DNA of 64,000 nt from an uncultured Candidatus Saccharibacteria bacterium (GTDB lineage Bacteria > Patescibacteriota > Saccharimonadia > CAILAD01 > BJGX01), in contig CAYRNO010000002.1 of NCBI GenBank assembly GCA_964425715.1, positions 5,443 through 69,442 on the forward strand. Reading direction: 5' to 3'. Positions 17,123 to 27,377 of the stretch are shown piece by piece. The position numbers were made by a program, and so were the translations under genes. Numbering within the stretch: position 1 is the first letter of the stretch; each line of letters begins with the position of its first letter. The notes under the pieces were generated by a model. That model saw nothing but the letters and a program-made list of their open reading frames with translations, did no database searches and was not told where the DNA came from.

Positions 17123-17917
17123 ATGGCAGTTGCCAAAAAGACAGATAATAAATCTGACAAATCTACTACAAAAACTAAAATTGATTCTATACTCAAACAG
17201 CTACTCGAAGCGGGAGCTCATTTTGGCCAACGTACCGATCGCTGGGATCCCAAGATGAAACCATATATCTTCGGTGTGCGTTCTGGCGTACATATTATCG
17301 ATCTGACTATCACAGCGAGCCAGCTCGAAGCAGCCGAAAAAGCAGCTTATGATATCTGCAAACAGGGCGGTCAAATACTATTTGTTGGAACCAAGCGACA
17401 AGCCAAACCAATCATAGAAAAATACGCAACCGAAGCTAGTATGCCATATGTCACTTATCGATGGTTGGGTGGTATGCTTACTAATCTAGACACTATCAAA
17501 TTGCGCATCCAAAGACTTAAGAAACTCGAGGCACAACAAACTGAAAACGACTTCGCTGGTACCATCAAGAAAGAGAAGTTGCTACTGGAGAAGCAGATGG
17601 CAAAACTAACCAAAACATTTGATGGAGTGCGTGAGATGCACGGTCTACCTTCTGCGATATTTGTAGTAGACATGGTTCGAGAGGATATCGCTATCTTAGA
17701 AGCTCATAAGCTTAATATACCTGTCATCGCTATAGCAGATACCAATGCCAACCCAGAGCTAGCTGATTATCCAATTGCTGCAAATGACGATGCCATCAAA
17801 ACAATTGATCTTATTACTTCAAGAATTGCCAGCGCAAGCAGTAAGGGATACACGGAATACAAAGCCAAGGCCGCTGCAGAAGCAGTAAAAAACGAAGAAA
17901 CTAACACGGAGGAATAA
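17123..17917 (+). CDS. rpsB: 30S ribosomal protein S2
   Basis: Start set at ATG 17123 (MAVAKK...), preceded by AAGGAG at 17106-17111. Conserved S2 core: LLEAGAHFGQRTDRWDPKMKPYIFG...GGMLTN. Confidence 0.93.
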   Translation: MAVAKKTDNKSDKSTTKTKIDSILKQLLEAGAHFGQRTDRWDPKMKPYIFGVRSGVHIIDLTITASQLEAAEKAAYDICKQGGQILFVGTKRQAKPIIEKYATEASMPYVTYRWLGGMLTNLDTIKLRIQRLKKLEAQQTENDFAGTIKKEKLLLEKQMAKLTKTFDGVREMHGLPSAIFVVDMVREDIAILEAHKLNIPVIAIADTNANPELADYPIAANDDAIKTIDLITSRIASASSKGYTEYKAKAAAEAVKNEETNTEE

Positions 17918-17922
17918 CAGCA

Positions 17923-18513
17923 ATGACCATATCAATCGAAGATATCAAAAAATTACGTGAATCTACTGGCGCAGGTATGATGGATGCCAAGGCAGCACTG
18001 ACTGAAGCCAAAGGTGATTTTGACAAAGCAGTTGAGCTAATGCGCCTCAAAGGGATAGCCAAAGCCAGTAAGAAAGCTGATCGAGCGGCTAGTGCAGGCG
18101 TGATAAAGAGCTATGTGCACGGAGATAAGATAGGGGTACTAGTAGAAATAAATTGTGAAACTGACTTTGTAGCCCGTACGGATGATTTCAAAGAGTTTAC
18201 GAGCGATATTGCAATGCATATTGCTGCTAGCAACCCTAGCTTTGTCAATCGAGAAGGCGTAGACCCCAAAGAACTTCAAAAAGAATCAGATATTATCAAA
18301 AAAGAAGTAGAAAAGAGTGGCAAACCAGCCGAATTTGCTGACAAGATAGTAGAAGGAAAATTGCAAAAATGGTATCAAGAAGTATGTTTGTATGATCAGC
18401 CATTTGTAAAAAACCCCGATAAAACTGTTGGAGATCTTACCAAAGAAGTGATAGGCAAGTTGGGTGAAAACATTGTAATCAAACGATTTACAAGAATGGA
18501 ATTGGGTGAATAA
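17923..18513 (+). CDS. tsf: translation elongation factor Ts (short form)
   Basis: IKKLRESTGAGMMDAKAAL (UBA-like N-terminus) and EINCETDFVART. It follows rpsB directly. Confidence 0.92.
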   Translation: MTISIEDIKKLRESTGAGMMDAKAALTEAKGDFDKAVELMRLKGIAKASKKADRAASAGVIKSYVHGDKIGVLVEINCETDFVARTDDFKEFTSDIAMHIAASNPSFVNREGVDPKELQKESDIIKKEVEKSGKPAEFADKIVEGKLQKWYQEVCLYDQPFVKNPDKTVGDLTKEVIGKLGENIVIKRFTRMELGE

Positions 18514-18520
18514 ATATAAA

Positions 18521-18549
18521 TTGGTGTATTTGTTAAGACAAGTTATAAT
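18521..18549 (+). promoter_or_regulatory. candidate promoter (TTGGTG-17-TATAAT) of frr, very short leader
   Basis: TTGGTG at 18521-18526 and TATAAT at 18544-18549. The ATG at 18562 is only 12 nt after the -10, and there is no SD. Confidence 0.45.
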
Positions 18550-18561
18550 AGAAACATTCAT

Positions 18562-19122
18562 ATGGACGGTCAATATATAAAAACAGCAGAATCTAAGATG
18601 CAGGCTGCTTTGCAGCATCTGCAAGAAGAGCTTACTGGGGTTCGATCTGGTCGTGCCAATGCTGGATTGGTAGATACCATCAAGGTCAATGTGTATGGGC
18701 AAGAATCGCCTCTTAAGACTATAGCGACAATTACTACGCCAGATGCCAAAACGATACAGATACAGCCCTGGGATGTAAGTAATATTAGTGCTATCGAAAA
18801 AGCCATATCTGAGAATCATACACTTGGTCTCAACCCTAGTAGCGATGGTAGGGTAGTGCGTATCAATGTCCCGACTCTGAGCGAAGAAACAAGAAACCAA
18901 ATGGTCAAATTGACTCGAGAAAAGGCAGAAAATGCTAATATCAGCCTGCGCAATGCCCGACATGAGGCTATCAATGACGCTAAGAAAGCAGAAAAAGCCA
19001 AAACCATGTCTCAAGACGAATTGTCCAAAGTTGAAAAAGATATCTCTAACCTCCTAGACAAATATCAAAAGCAGATAAATGATACTATTGCCGAAAAAGA
19101 AGCTGAACTTTTAAAGACCTAA
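18562..19122 (+). CDS. frr: ribosome recycling factor
   Basis: Full-length RRF pattern (LQEELTGVRSGRANAGLVD...LNPSSDG..VRINVPTLSEETR). Confidence 0.92.
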   Translation: MDGQYIKTAESKMQAALQHLQEELTGVRSGRANAGLVDTIKVNVYGQESPLKTIATITTPDAKTIQIQPWDVSNISAIEKAISENHTLGLNPSSDGRVVRINVPTLSEETRNQMVKLTREKAENANISLRNARHEAINDAKKAEKAKTMSQDELSKVEKDISNLLDKYQKQINDTIAEKEAELLKT

Positions 19123-19130
19123 GACTTTTT

Positions 19131-19823
19131 ATGACACAAAAACCACCCTTAGATCACATCGGATTTATTCTAGACGGTAATAGACGTTGGGCAAAGCAGC
19201 ATGGTCTCAAGACGATAGAGGGGCATATGGCTGGCTATAAGAATCTCAAAAAAATAGCCGAATCTTGCTGGGAAAAAGGCATCTCTTACATGAGCTGTTA
19301 TCTTTTTTCTACTGAGAATTGGCAAAGGAGCAATGAGGAGGTAAGCTATCTGATGAGCTTGACATTGCGAGTCATCTTGAAAGATGCCAAGGAATTGCAC
19401 GCCAAGAATGTCAGACTCAAGATCATTGGTTCTAGAGATAAGTTAGATAAAAAACTAGTAAAATCAATCGAGAAAGCCGAAGAATTGACCAAGGATAATA
19501 CAGCAGGTACTTTTATTGGCTGTTTTAATTATGGTGGTCGTAATGAGATAGTAGATGCTGTAAAAAATATCATAGACCAAGGAGTAGAATCTGGAGATAT
19601 TGATGAAGAATTCATAAAAAATAATCTATACACCGCAGAGATTCCTGCCCCTGATCTAATAGTCCGAACATCTGGCGAGAAGCGCTTGAGTAATTTTTTA
19701 CTATGGGATAGTGCATACTCAGAACTCAGCTTTGTAGATAAGCTGTGGCCTGACTTTAATGATGCCGATCTTGATAATGTATTGAGTGACTACACTCATC
19801 GTAAAAGGCGCTTTGGCTCATGA
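19131..19823 (+). CDS. uppS: undecaprenyl-diphosphate synthase (cis-prenyltransferase)
   Basis: HIGFILDGNRRWA and the RTSGEKRLSNFLLWDSAYSEL motifs. Confidence 0.92.
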   Translation: MTQKPPLDHIGFILDGNRRWAKQHGLKTIEGHMAGYKNLKKIAESCWEKGISYMSCYLFSTENWQRSNEEVSYLMSLTLRVILKDAKELHAKNVRLKIIGSRDKLDKKLVKSIEKAEELTKDNTAGTFIGCFNYGGRNEIVDAVKNIIDQGVESGDIDEEFIKNNLYTAEIPAPDLIVRTSGEKRLSNFLLWDSAYSELSFVDKLWPDFNDADLDNVLSDYTHRKRRFGS

Positions 19824-20905
19824 TAGTTTTGATACTTAGTATCATCGGAGTAATAATAGTCTTTTCACTTCTTGTGATAGCTCATGAATATGGTCACTTT
19901 GCTACCGCTAGACGTAATGGAGTCAAGGTAGATGAATTTGGCATAGGATTTCCGCCCAAAGTATTTTATAGGAAAAAAGGCGGCACAATATACAGTATCA
20001 ATGCCTTGCCGATAGGGGGATTTGTGAGGCTACGCGGGGAAGACGGCTCAATAACTGGAAAAGGTAGTTTTGCTAGCGCTAGCTTCAGGTCCAAGACCAA
20101 GATTATAATGGCCGGAGTAGTAGTCAACTTCTTGATAGCATATGTGATATTTACAGTATTGCTTTGGATAGGCATGCCCCCGATTGGCCAACAGTTACCT
20201 AGCATTGGACCGATCAAACCTAGTACAATAGATACAGGTGAGCTTACTGTGCTCAATGTGACTAAAAACAGTGCAGCTGAAAAGGCCGGTATCAAACAAG
20301 GCGACAATCTTATCACGATAAATTCTCAAAAATTTACAAGTAATGACGAACTACGGTCATTTACCAAGCAGAATGCTGGCAAATCAGTCGAGATTATTGT
20401 CAAGCAAAATGGGGTCACCAAGCAATACTCAGTAACACTTGGTAATGATGAACAATCTGGGATACTTGGCATCAGCGCTCAACAAATAAGTTTGCAGCGT
20501 TATAGCTGGTGGGCAGCACCAATTGCAGCACTATATATCATGGCTATGTTGGTAATTGCCACTTTAGCCGCATTTGGCAATCTGATACTTGGCATTTTCT
20601 CGCGTGGTCAAGTAAGTGAGCAAGTAGCTGGGCCTATCGGAATAGTTTCTGTGTTTTCTCAAGTGGTCAATTTTGGTCCGCGCTTTATTTTGCTGTTTAT
20701 CGCATCAATATCTTTGAGCCTAGCAGTCATCAATGCATTACCTCTTCCTGCACTGGATGGAGGTAGGCAATTTATTTTGATATTGCAAAAGCTGGGTTTA
20801 AAAATCACGCCTGAAAAAGAAAATTTCGTTCATATCATTGGCTTTGTTGCTCTCATCGGACTGATGATAATAATAAGTATTTCAGATATATCCAAATTAC
20901 TCTAA
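19820..20905 (+). CDS. rseP: RIP metalloprotease RseP (site-2 protease, M50) with PDZ domain
   Basis: HEYGHF (HExxH) in the first TM helix, a central PDZ (AEKAGIKQGDNLITIN) and the NALPLPALDGG motif. Confidence 0.9.
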   Translation: MIVLILSIIGVIIVFSLLVIAHEYGHFATARRNGVKVDEFGIGFPPKVFYRKKGGTIYSINALPIGGFVRLRGEDGSITGKGSFASASFRSKTKIIMAGVVVNFLIAYVIFTVLLWIGMPPIGQQLPSIGPIKPSTIDTGELTVLNVTKNSAAEKAGIKQGDNLITINSQKFTSNDELRSFTKQNAGKSVEIIVKQNGVTKQYSVTLGNDEQSGILGISAQQISLQRYSWWAAPIAALYIMAMLVIATLAAFGNLILGIFSRGQVSEQVAGPIGIVSVFSQVVNFGPRFILLFIASISLSLAVINALPLPALDGGRQFILILQKLGLKITPEKENFVHIIGFVALIGLMIIISISDISKLL

Positions 20906-20923
20906 AGGATAAGGGCTAAAGCT

Positions 20924-21658
20924 ATGCGCAAAGATATAACTATAGCAAAGATACCATGGGGCGTTCGGGATGTATTGAAATTACTAATTCTTACTTTCCT
21001 GATACCAACGCTTTTATTCATATCTTTAATCTTATTAGCGAGATTTGGAATACTACCTGAAAGTTTTCGCGAAGCTATCAAAAACGAGGATACGATAGTC
21101 ACCAGTATATTGTCTGGTGTTACAGTGCTGACTGAAGTAGGACTGATCATATGGTTGTTAAAAAAATACAGACTCAAGCTATCGGATATAGGTATTAGAA
21201 AATTTTCAGTGTTAAAAGGTATCGGATATATTGTAGGAGGTATTGTATTATTCTTAATACTAGTAAGTATTGCATTCGTACTTGTTGTCATGATAGCTCC
21301 AAGTATTGATCCAAATCAATCTCAAGATGTGGGATTTGAATTTGGCAAAATTGGTTGGGGGCTATGGGTAAGTTTTGTCTTTACTGTCATAGTAATACCT
21401 ATTATTGAGGAATTATATTTCCGTGGGATAATCTTTCCAGCGGTCACCAAGAGATTCGGTTGGATCATCGGGATAGCTGGATCAAGTATGGTATTTGCGG
21501 TATTACACGGACAGTATAATGTGATGATTTATACATTTATTTTAGGCTGTGTATTATGTGTGATGTATGTCAGACTCAAAAGTATTGTGCCCGGTATAAT
21601 ATTTCACATCATCAATAATGCTGTTGCATTTAGTTTGATAGCTGGCTTGATAAAATAA
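20924..21658 (+). CDS. CPBP family intramembrane glutamic endopeptidase (CAAX protease-like)
   Basis: Motifs EELYFRG, FAVLHG and FHIINN within a polytopic membrane protein. Confidence 0.8.
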   Translation: MRKDITIAKIPWGVRDVLKLLILTFLIPTLLFISLILLARFGILPESFREAIKNEDTIVTSILSGVTVLTEVGLIIWLLKKYRLKLSDIGIRKFSVLKGIGYIVGGIVLFLILVSIAFVLVVMIAPSIDPNQSQDVGFEFGKIGWGLWVSFVFTVIVIPIIEELYFRGIIFPAVTKRFGWIIGIAGSSMVFAVLHGQYNVMIYTFILGCVLCVMYVRLKSIVPGIIFHIINNAVAFSLIAGLIK

Positions 21659-21661
21659 GTT

Positions 21662-22273
21662 ATGAGAAAGCTAGACGTCAACAAAATTACAATCGCAAGT
21701 TATGATTGTTATATAGAAGAATATATTAAAAAGGATTTGAGTGATATAAAAAGGCGAGAAGCTTATTGGCCTGCGGTAGATAGATTTTTATTGCAGCTCA
21801 AACCTGGATCAGAGATATTCGAGATAGGTAGTGCTATGGGTCGTCATGCCAAAGTGATGGAGGAAAATGGATTTAAGGTAATAAGAAGTGATGCTTCGCG
21901 ATCTTTTGTAAACTACTTATTGTCAAAAGGATATGAAGCTCAGTATTTTGATGTTTTAAATGCAGAGTTACCAGATAAATACCCTGCTGTATATGCTCAC
22001 GCTGTATTATTGCACTTTCCTCTGCTTGAATTTCGCAAAGCACTCAATACTATCCGCAATGGTCTCAATCCAAATGGGCTGTTTTGCTTCAGCATGAAAG
22101 TGGGTGATTTTGAAGGATGGTGTGACAAAGGTTTGAGCGGGAAACGATATTTTAAATATTGGAATATCAAAGATTTGACGAAAGAATTAAAATCTGCTGA
22201 GTTTAGTATCACAAATAAATTTTTGACAGAAGATGAGAGTTTTGTATTTGTTACCGCAGAAAAGAGCCATTAA
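21662..22273 (+). CDS. class I SAM-dependent methyltransferase (substrate unknown)
   Basis: Motif-I-like IFEIGSAMGRHA and the size and layout of a small methyltransferase. Weakly diagnostic. Confidence 0.55.
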   Translation: MRKLDVNKITIASYDCYIEEYIKKDLSDIKRREAYWPAVDRFLLQLKPGSEIFEIGSAMGRHAKVMEENGFKVIRSDASRSFVNYLLSKGYEAQYFDVLNAELPDKYPAVYAHAVLLHFPLLEFRKALNTIRNGLNPNGLFCFSMKVGDFEGWCDKGLSGKRYFKYWNIKDLTKELKSAEFSITNKFLTEDESFVFVTAEKSH

Positions 22274-22312
22274 CACCTAGTAGCAAGCAGCTTTGCTTGG
22301 TACACTAATAGT

Positions 22313-23365
22313 ATGATTAATTCGATTTTAGGCAATTTTAGTCATGATATTGGTATTGACCTAGGTACTGCCAACACTTTGGTGTATGTACGTGGTAAAG
22401 GTATCCTTATCAACGAACCATCGGTAGTTGCTATAAATACTAAGAACAAACAAATACTAGCAATAGGCGATGAAGCGAAGCGAATGGTTGGCAAGACCCC
22501 AGCCAATATTATCGCTACTCGACCACTCGTAGATGGGGTTGTTAGTGATTTTGAGATTACCGAGCAAATGCTAAGATATTTTATCGAAAAAGTTCACAAA
22601 GAAAGTTTTGTACTTTTTCCACGCCCAAGAGTAGTGATAGGTATACCATCTGGAGTTACTGAGGTAGAAAAAAGAGCTGTTGAAGATGCAGCTACCAATG
22701 CTGGAGCTAGGCAGGCTTTTTTGATAGAAGAGCCAATGGCCGCTGCGGTAGGCAGTAATTTGCCAGTACATGATGCCGCCGGAAGTATGATAGTCGATAT
22801 CGGTGGTGGTACCTCTGAGGTTGCAGTTATTTCTCTTGGAGGAATAGTCTCTAGTCGTAGTATCAGAATCGCTGGTGATGAGCTGACCGAAGACATCATT
22901 GCATACGCCAAAGAAGAATTTAGCTTACAAATAGGTGAGCGAACAGCAGAAGCTATCAAAATAAATATTGGTTCTGCTGCCAAATTAGACAAGGTACTCG
23001 ATGCGCCTATACGGGGAAGAGATATGGTGAGCGGTTTGCCCAAAGAATTAAAAATTGATTCCGATCAGGTGCGTAAAGCACTGGCTCGTAGCGTACGAGC
23101 TATAGTTGATGCTGTAAAGCACACTATTGAGGAAACTCCACCTGAACTTCTTGCGGATATCATGGATAAAGGTGTATATCTTGCAGGGGGAGGAGCGCTC
23201 TTGAGGGGATTAGATGTATTGTTGTCCAATCAGACCAAAATGCCAGTGCATGTCTCGGATGATCCATTGACCGCCGTGGTGAGAGGTACAGGCATGGTCT
23301 TAGAAGACATAGATAGCCTCAAAGATGTGCTTGTTACTACTCAATATGAAAAAGTGCCTTATTAG
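22313..23365 (+). CDS. mreB: rod-shape-determining actin homologue MreB
   Basis: DIGIDLGTANTLVY, IVDIGGGTSEVAVISLGG and LAGGGALLRGLD. It is followed by mreC, mreD and pbp2. Confidence 0.95.
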   Translation: MINSILGNFSHDIGIDLGTANTLVYVRGKGILINEPSVVAINTKNKQILAIGDEAKRMVGKTPANIIATRPLVDGVVSDFEITEQMLRYFIEKVHKESFVLFPRPRVVIGIPSGVTEVEKRAVEDAATNAGARQAFLIEEPMAAAVGSNLPVHDAAGSMIVDIGGGTSEVAVISLGGIVSSRSIRIAGDELTEDIIAYAKEEFSLQIGERTAEAIKINIGSAAKLDKVLDAPIRGRDMVSGLPKELKIDSDQVRKALARSVRAIVDAVKHTIEETPPELLADIMDKGVYLAGGGALLRGLDVLLSNQTKMPVHVSDDPLTAVVRGTGMVLEDIDSLKDVLVTTQYEKVPY

Positions 23366-23386
23366 TTCTGGGACTGCTAGAAAGAT

Positions 23387-24184
23387 ATGAAAAAACAAGT
23401 ACTGATACCAATAATCACTGTTAGTATTATCGCACTTATGATAATAGTATTAAAAATAACCGGATTTTTTTGGCCGTTTCAGCTAATCTTGGATCAAATT
23501 ACCAACCCCATAGGTGCACAATTAGTGCGGGTTCGAAATGGTATAGGTGAACAAGTAAGTTTCTTGAGCTCAATCAATGAATTGAATAAGCAAAACAAAC
23601 AATTGCGCTCACAAGAGTTGGAATTGCGGCAACAACTTGCTTCACTAAAGGAAATATCTAGAGAAAATGACATCTTGCGAGCGCAACTAAACTTCAATTC
23701 TAGACTCAATCTAGAACTTACACCGGCGAGAGTGGTAAGTGTAGACCCTGAAAATACGAGACAGTTTTTTACTATCGATCGGGGCGGTGCTAGTGGTATA
23801 AAAAAAGGACAAGCTGTTGTGAGTAGCGGAGTATTAGTGGGTACAATTGATGAAGTAAATGATTATAGCTCTAAAGTGTTGCTTATAAATGACCCAGATT
23901 TTAGAATCCGAGGAATTGGGCAAGACGGACGTGCTCAAGGAATAATTCGTGGCCAGATAGGCCGGGGTTATGTGTTTGAAAAGATAGCGCAAAATGAGTC
24001 TATATCTCTCAAGGAACAAATCGTAACAGCAGGCTCTGGGCTAGTCCCGCAAGGTATACTAATCGGTACTGTGGACTCAGTATCTAAGTCAGACAACGCA
24101 GTATTTCAGTCGGCCAACATCAAGCCACTAGTCAATACCAACTCGCTTGAATTGGTATTTGTAGTAACGGGACTTAAACAATGA
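23387..24184 (+). CDS. mreC: rod-shape-determining protein MreC
   Basis: N-terminal TM helix, a coiled coil (NKQLRSQELELRQQLASLKEISRENDILRAQL) and a C-terminal beta domain. Its position is between mreB and mreD. Confidence 0.8.
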   Translation: MKKQVLIPIITVSIIALMIIVLKITGFFWPFQLILDQITNPIGAQLVRVRNGIGEQVSFLSSINELNKQNKQLRSQELELRQQLASLKEISRENDILRAQLNFNSRLNLELTPARVVSVDPENTRQFFTIDRGGASGIKKGQAVVSSGVLVGTIDEVNDYSSKVLLINDPDFRIRGIGQDGRAQGIIRGQIGRGYVFEKIAQNESISLKEQIVTAGSGLVPQGILIGTVDSVSKSDNAVFQSANIKPLVNTNSLELVFVVTGLKQ

Positions 24185-24705
24185 AAACATTCTTGTCATG
24201 GTTGATAGTATTGATATTAACTACATTGCAGGTGATATTATCACAAAGCTTTGGATTTGTATTCGCAGTACCGCTAAGTGTAATAATACTGATAGTATTC
24301 TCACTTTTTTTGAGTATAGAACAGCTTCTATATATGGCACTGGTAGCAGGATTTGTACTGGATATGGCAAGTGGTAAAGATTTCGGATTTAATATTAGTT
24401 TTTTGATATTTACGGTAGTATTTTGCAAAATAGTAATGAAATTTGGTAAACGAGATATTGGTTTGCCACTTATAGTCCTGCTCGCTTGCTTATTTACAGT
24501 GCTATATGAGTTTCTCAAGTTTGTTACTGTTTTTTCATCTGATCAACTTGCTGGATTAAATGTCTATCTGTCACAAATAGGTTTGCAGTTGGTTGCTACT
24601 ATTGTATGGACAATCGTTTTTTATTATCTTGCTATGCAAGGATCGAGAATGCAATTCTCTTTACAGCACAAAAATCTTATTAAATTTAACAAATATAGAC
24701 TATGA
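24181..24705 (+). CDS. mreD: MreD-like membrane protein
   Basis: 174 aa with 5 hydrophobic helices. It overlaps the mreC stop and the pbp2 start by 4 nt each. The call rests mainly on synteny. Confidence 0.6.
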   Translation: MKTFLSWLIVLILTTLQVILSQSFGFVFAVPLSVIILIVFSLFLSIEQLLYMALVAGFVLDMASGKDFGFNISFLIFTVVFCKIVMKFGKRDIGLPLIVLLACLFTVLYEFLKFVTVFSSDQLAGLNVYLSQIGLQLVATIVWTIVFYYLAMQGSRMQFSLQHKNLIKFNKYRL

Positions 24706-26678
24706 ACATATTCGGTGATTTTTACGACAACACACTGAAGCTACAAACTTCAAAAAAAGAACAGCGTATGCAAGCTGCAGAAGATTGGTCTGCTGCAATT
24801 CTTTCGGGAAGTAACGAAAAGATTCAACTAGAAGAGCCTATAAAATCTAGGATTTATTATATGTTGGCATTTGCATTTTTATTGTTGGGTATAGCTATGA
24901 TTGCTAGATTGGCGTATTTGCAAATAATTACTGGAGAGCGAAATAGCTTGTTGGCTAGTGGAAATCGGATACGTAGTAATGCTATTGCTGCTCCACGCGG
25001 TGCTATTTATGATCGTAATGGCTTGATTTTGGCACGCAATAATGCTCATTTTGACCTAGTAGTGATACCTGCTCAATTACCCCAAAACGAACAGTCAAGA
25101 AAAACTACATATGATCTTATAGCTTCACTTGCTGGCAAATCATCTCAAGAAATCCAAGCTATCGCAGAATCAAAAACCTTGCGATACAGCTTGCCAATAG
25201 TAGTAGTTGATAACATTAGCCGCGATACCGCCCTTAATATCGAAGAGCGTCACGGTGAACTTGCTGGCTTTAGCATAGATACCAATCCTACTAGAGAATA
25301 TCTAGACGGAGGAGGGCTGGCGCCCTTCCTAGGTTATATTGGCAGAATATCCGCTGAGGAATTTGAGGTCAATCCAGAATATAGGCCAATCGATATGATT
25401 GGTAAAACAGGACTTGAGAAAGCCTATGAATCAGACCTTAGAGGAATATATGGTAAAGAACAAACTGAAGTAGATGCCACTGGTTTACCAGTACGAGCAT
25501 TGGCAAGAGTTGAGCCCAAACCGGGCAATAGTGTGGTGCTGAGTATCGATAAGACTTTGCAGGATGTAATGCAACAAAGCGTAAAAACCGCAGTTGAAGC
25601 TGCTGGAAGCAAGGCTGGAGTTGCGGTAGCGGTAGATCCGCGCAACGGTCAAGTATTGGGTGCCGTCAACTACCCAAGCTACGACGGCAATCTATTTGCC
25701 AATGGTATTAGCCAAAATGATTATCAAAATCTTTTAAATGATCCAGCTAAGCCACTATTCAATCGAGTAAATTCAGGAGAATATCCGATAGGTTCCACGG
25801 TGAAGCCATTTATATCTATTGCTGGCTTGCAGGAGGGAGCAATAAACGCCAATACCTCGGTTGTTGATAATGGAAAAATTGAAGTACCCAATCAGTATAA
25901 TCCATCGATAGTGTATACCTACAAGGGGTGGAAGCCAGAGGGATTGGGGGTAGTAAATCTGTTTAGAGCTATTAGTTGGAGCTCGGACATTTACTATTAC
26001 ATATTGGGAGGTGGCTACCAGGGAGTTAAGGGCATAGGACCTACTAAATTAACTGATTGGTATAAGAAATTTGGTTTTGGTAAGTCCACAGGATCTGATA
26101 TAGGTGAAGGCGCTAAAGGATTTGTGCCTACGCCAGAAAACAAGAAAACATACTCTAAGGAGCAGTGGACTGTAGGTGATACATACAATATATCGATTGG
26201 TCAAGGTGATATGAAAGCTACACCAATCCAGCTAGCTATGGCTACAGCTGCAATTGCCAATGGTGGAACTCTATATGAGCCGCGCTTTGTCTCGGCTATC
26301 AAGAACGATACTGGTCAGATAGTTCGCAATGTAGATCCTGAAGCGGTAGTGAGTGGCATCGCAAATCCTGCCAATATCAAGCTAGTCCAACAAGGTATGG
26401 AAGGAGTAGTCGAATCTGGTACTGGGTGTTGTTCGATCAAATCCGAAGTACCAGTAAAAGTTGCTGGTAAAACTGGAACTGCAGAAACAAGCTCCGAAGG
26501 ATTTGACGGTAAGAACCCTCGTACTAAAGCTCATGCTTGGTTTACAGCCTATGCTCCCGCCGAGAACCCCAAGATAGCTATTGTAGTGATGGTAGAAAAT
26601 GCCGGCGAAGGCTCCGAATTTGCCTTACCAGCTGCGAAAAACATTCTCAAATGGTATTTTTCTAGCCCGCGCAATTAA
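24702..26678 (+). CDS. mrdA: penicillin-binding protein 2 (class B transpeptidase)
   Basis: N-terminal TM helix and dimerisation domain. Transpeptidase motifs are GSTVKP (SxxK) and AGKTGTAE (KTG). Confidence 0.9.
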   Translation: MNIFGDFYDNTLKLQTSKKEQRMQAAEDWSAAILSGSNEKIQLEEPIKSRIYYMLAFAFLLLGIAMIARLAYLQIITGERNSLLASGNRIRSNAIAAPRGAIYDRNGLILARNNAHFDLVVIPAQLPQNEQSRKTTYDLIASLAGKSSQEIQAIAESKTLRYSLPIVVVDNISRDTALNIEERHGELAGFSIDTNPTREYLDGGGLAPFLGYIGRISAEEFEVNPEYRPIDMIGKTGLEKAYESDLRGIYGKEQTEVDATGLPVRALARVEPKPGNSVVLSIDKTLQDVMQQSVKTAVEAAGSKAGVAVAVDPRNGQVLGAVNYPSYDGNLFANGISQNDYQNLLNDPAKPLFNRVNSGEYPIGSTVKPFISIAGLQEGAINANTSVVDNGKIEVPNQYNPSIVYTYKGWKPEGLGVVNLFRAISWSSDIYYYILGGGYQGVKGIGPTKLTDWYKKFGFGKSTGSDIGEGAKGFVPTPENKKTYSKEQWTVGDTYNISIGQGDMKATPIQLAMATAAIANGGTLYEPRFVSAIKNDTGQIVRNVDPEAVVSGIANPANIKLVQQGMEGVVESGTGCCSIKSEVPVKVAGKTGTAETSSEGFDGKNPRTKAHAWFTAYAPAENPKIAIVVMVENAGEGSEFALPAAKNILKWYFSSPRN

Positions 26679-26865
26679 ATATACGATCATGGACTTGACA
26701 CCATATCTCTTATTTGAGAGAATAAAAACAAACTAAACAGGATTTTTCCAAAAAATTATCGGCCTTAGCGTTTGTCAATGTAAGTCAAACAAGGGGTCAT
26801 TTTTCTTGGAGACATTATAATACTCAAAATCATACTGAAATTCGAAAGAGGGAGGAAATAAAATT

Positions 26866-27327
26866 ATGAAACAACAAGATTTTTACTTAACACCAGAGGG
26901 CATAAAAGATCTAAAACTAGAGCTTGATGACCTGACCAAAAATAAACGTAAAGAAATAGCTAAAGCCCTAAAAGAAGCCAAAGAACAGGGAGATCTCAGC
27001 GAGAACTCTAGCTGGGATGATGCCAAGGAACGTCAAGGATTTGTGGAAGGTCGAATAGCCGAAATTGACAATATTCTAAAAAGAGCTAAGACTATCAAAA
27101 ATAATGGCGGTGATACTGTCACTGTAGGATCAAAAGTACATGTAGAGATAGATTCTGGCAAACAGATGTTCCATATCGTAGGAAGCACCGAAGCAGATCC
27201 AGATAGTGGAAAGATTTCAGACGAATCTCCAATTGGCCAAGCACTAATTGGTAAGAAAGTTGGTGATACTGCGGAAGTTGTAGTGCCAGCAGGTACAATT
27301 TCTTACAAAATAATTGCCGTGGCATAA
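26866..27327 (+). CDS. greA: transcription elongation factor GreA
   Basis: N-terminal coiled coil with DLSENSSWDDAKERQGFVEGRI, and a C-terminal FKBP-like domain. Confidence 0.9.
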   Translation: MKQQDFYLTPEGIKDLKLELDDLTKNKRKEIAKALKEAKEQGDLSENSSWDDAKERQGFVEGRIAEIDNILKRAKTIKNNGGDTVTVGSKVHVEIDSGKQMFHIVGSTEADPDSGKISDESPIGQALIGKKVGDTAEVVVPAGTISYKIIAVA

Positions 27328-27377
27328 CAAGGTCTACAGCATTTAAAAGTAACCACAAAGACGGTATACTATAAAAC

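Noticed and set aside
18286-19014. A 242-aa minus-strand ORF spanning the tsf 3' end, the intergenic spacer and most of frr.
   Set aside because: It is antisense to two universally conserved genes and crosses their intergenic promoter. Its sequence is Phe/Ile/Leu/Ser-rich and looks random.
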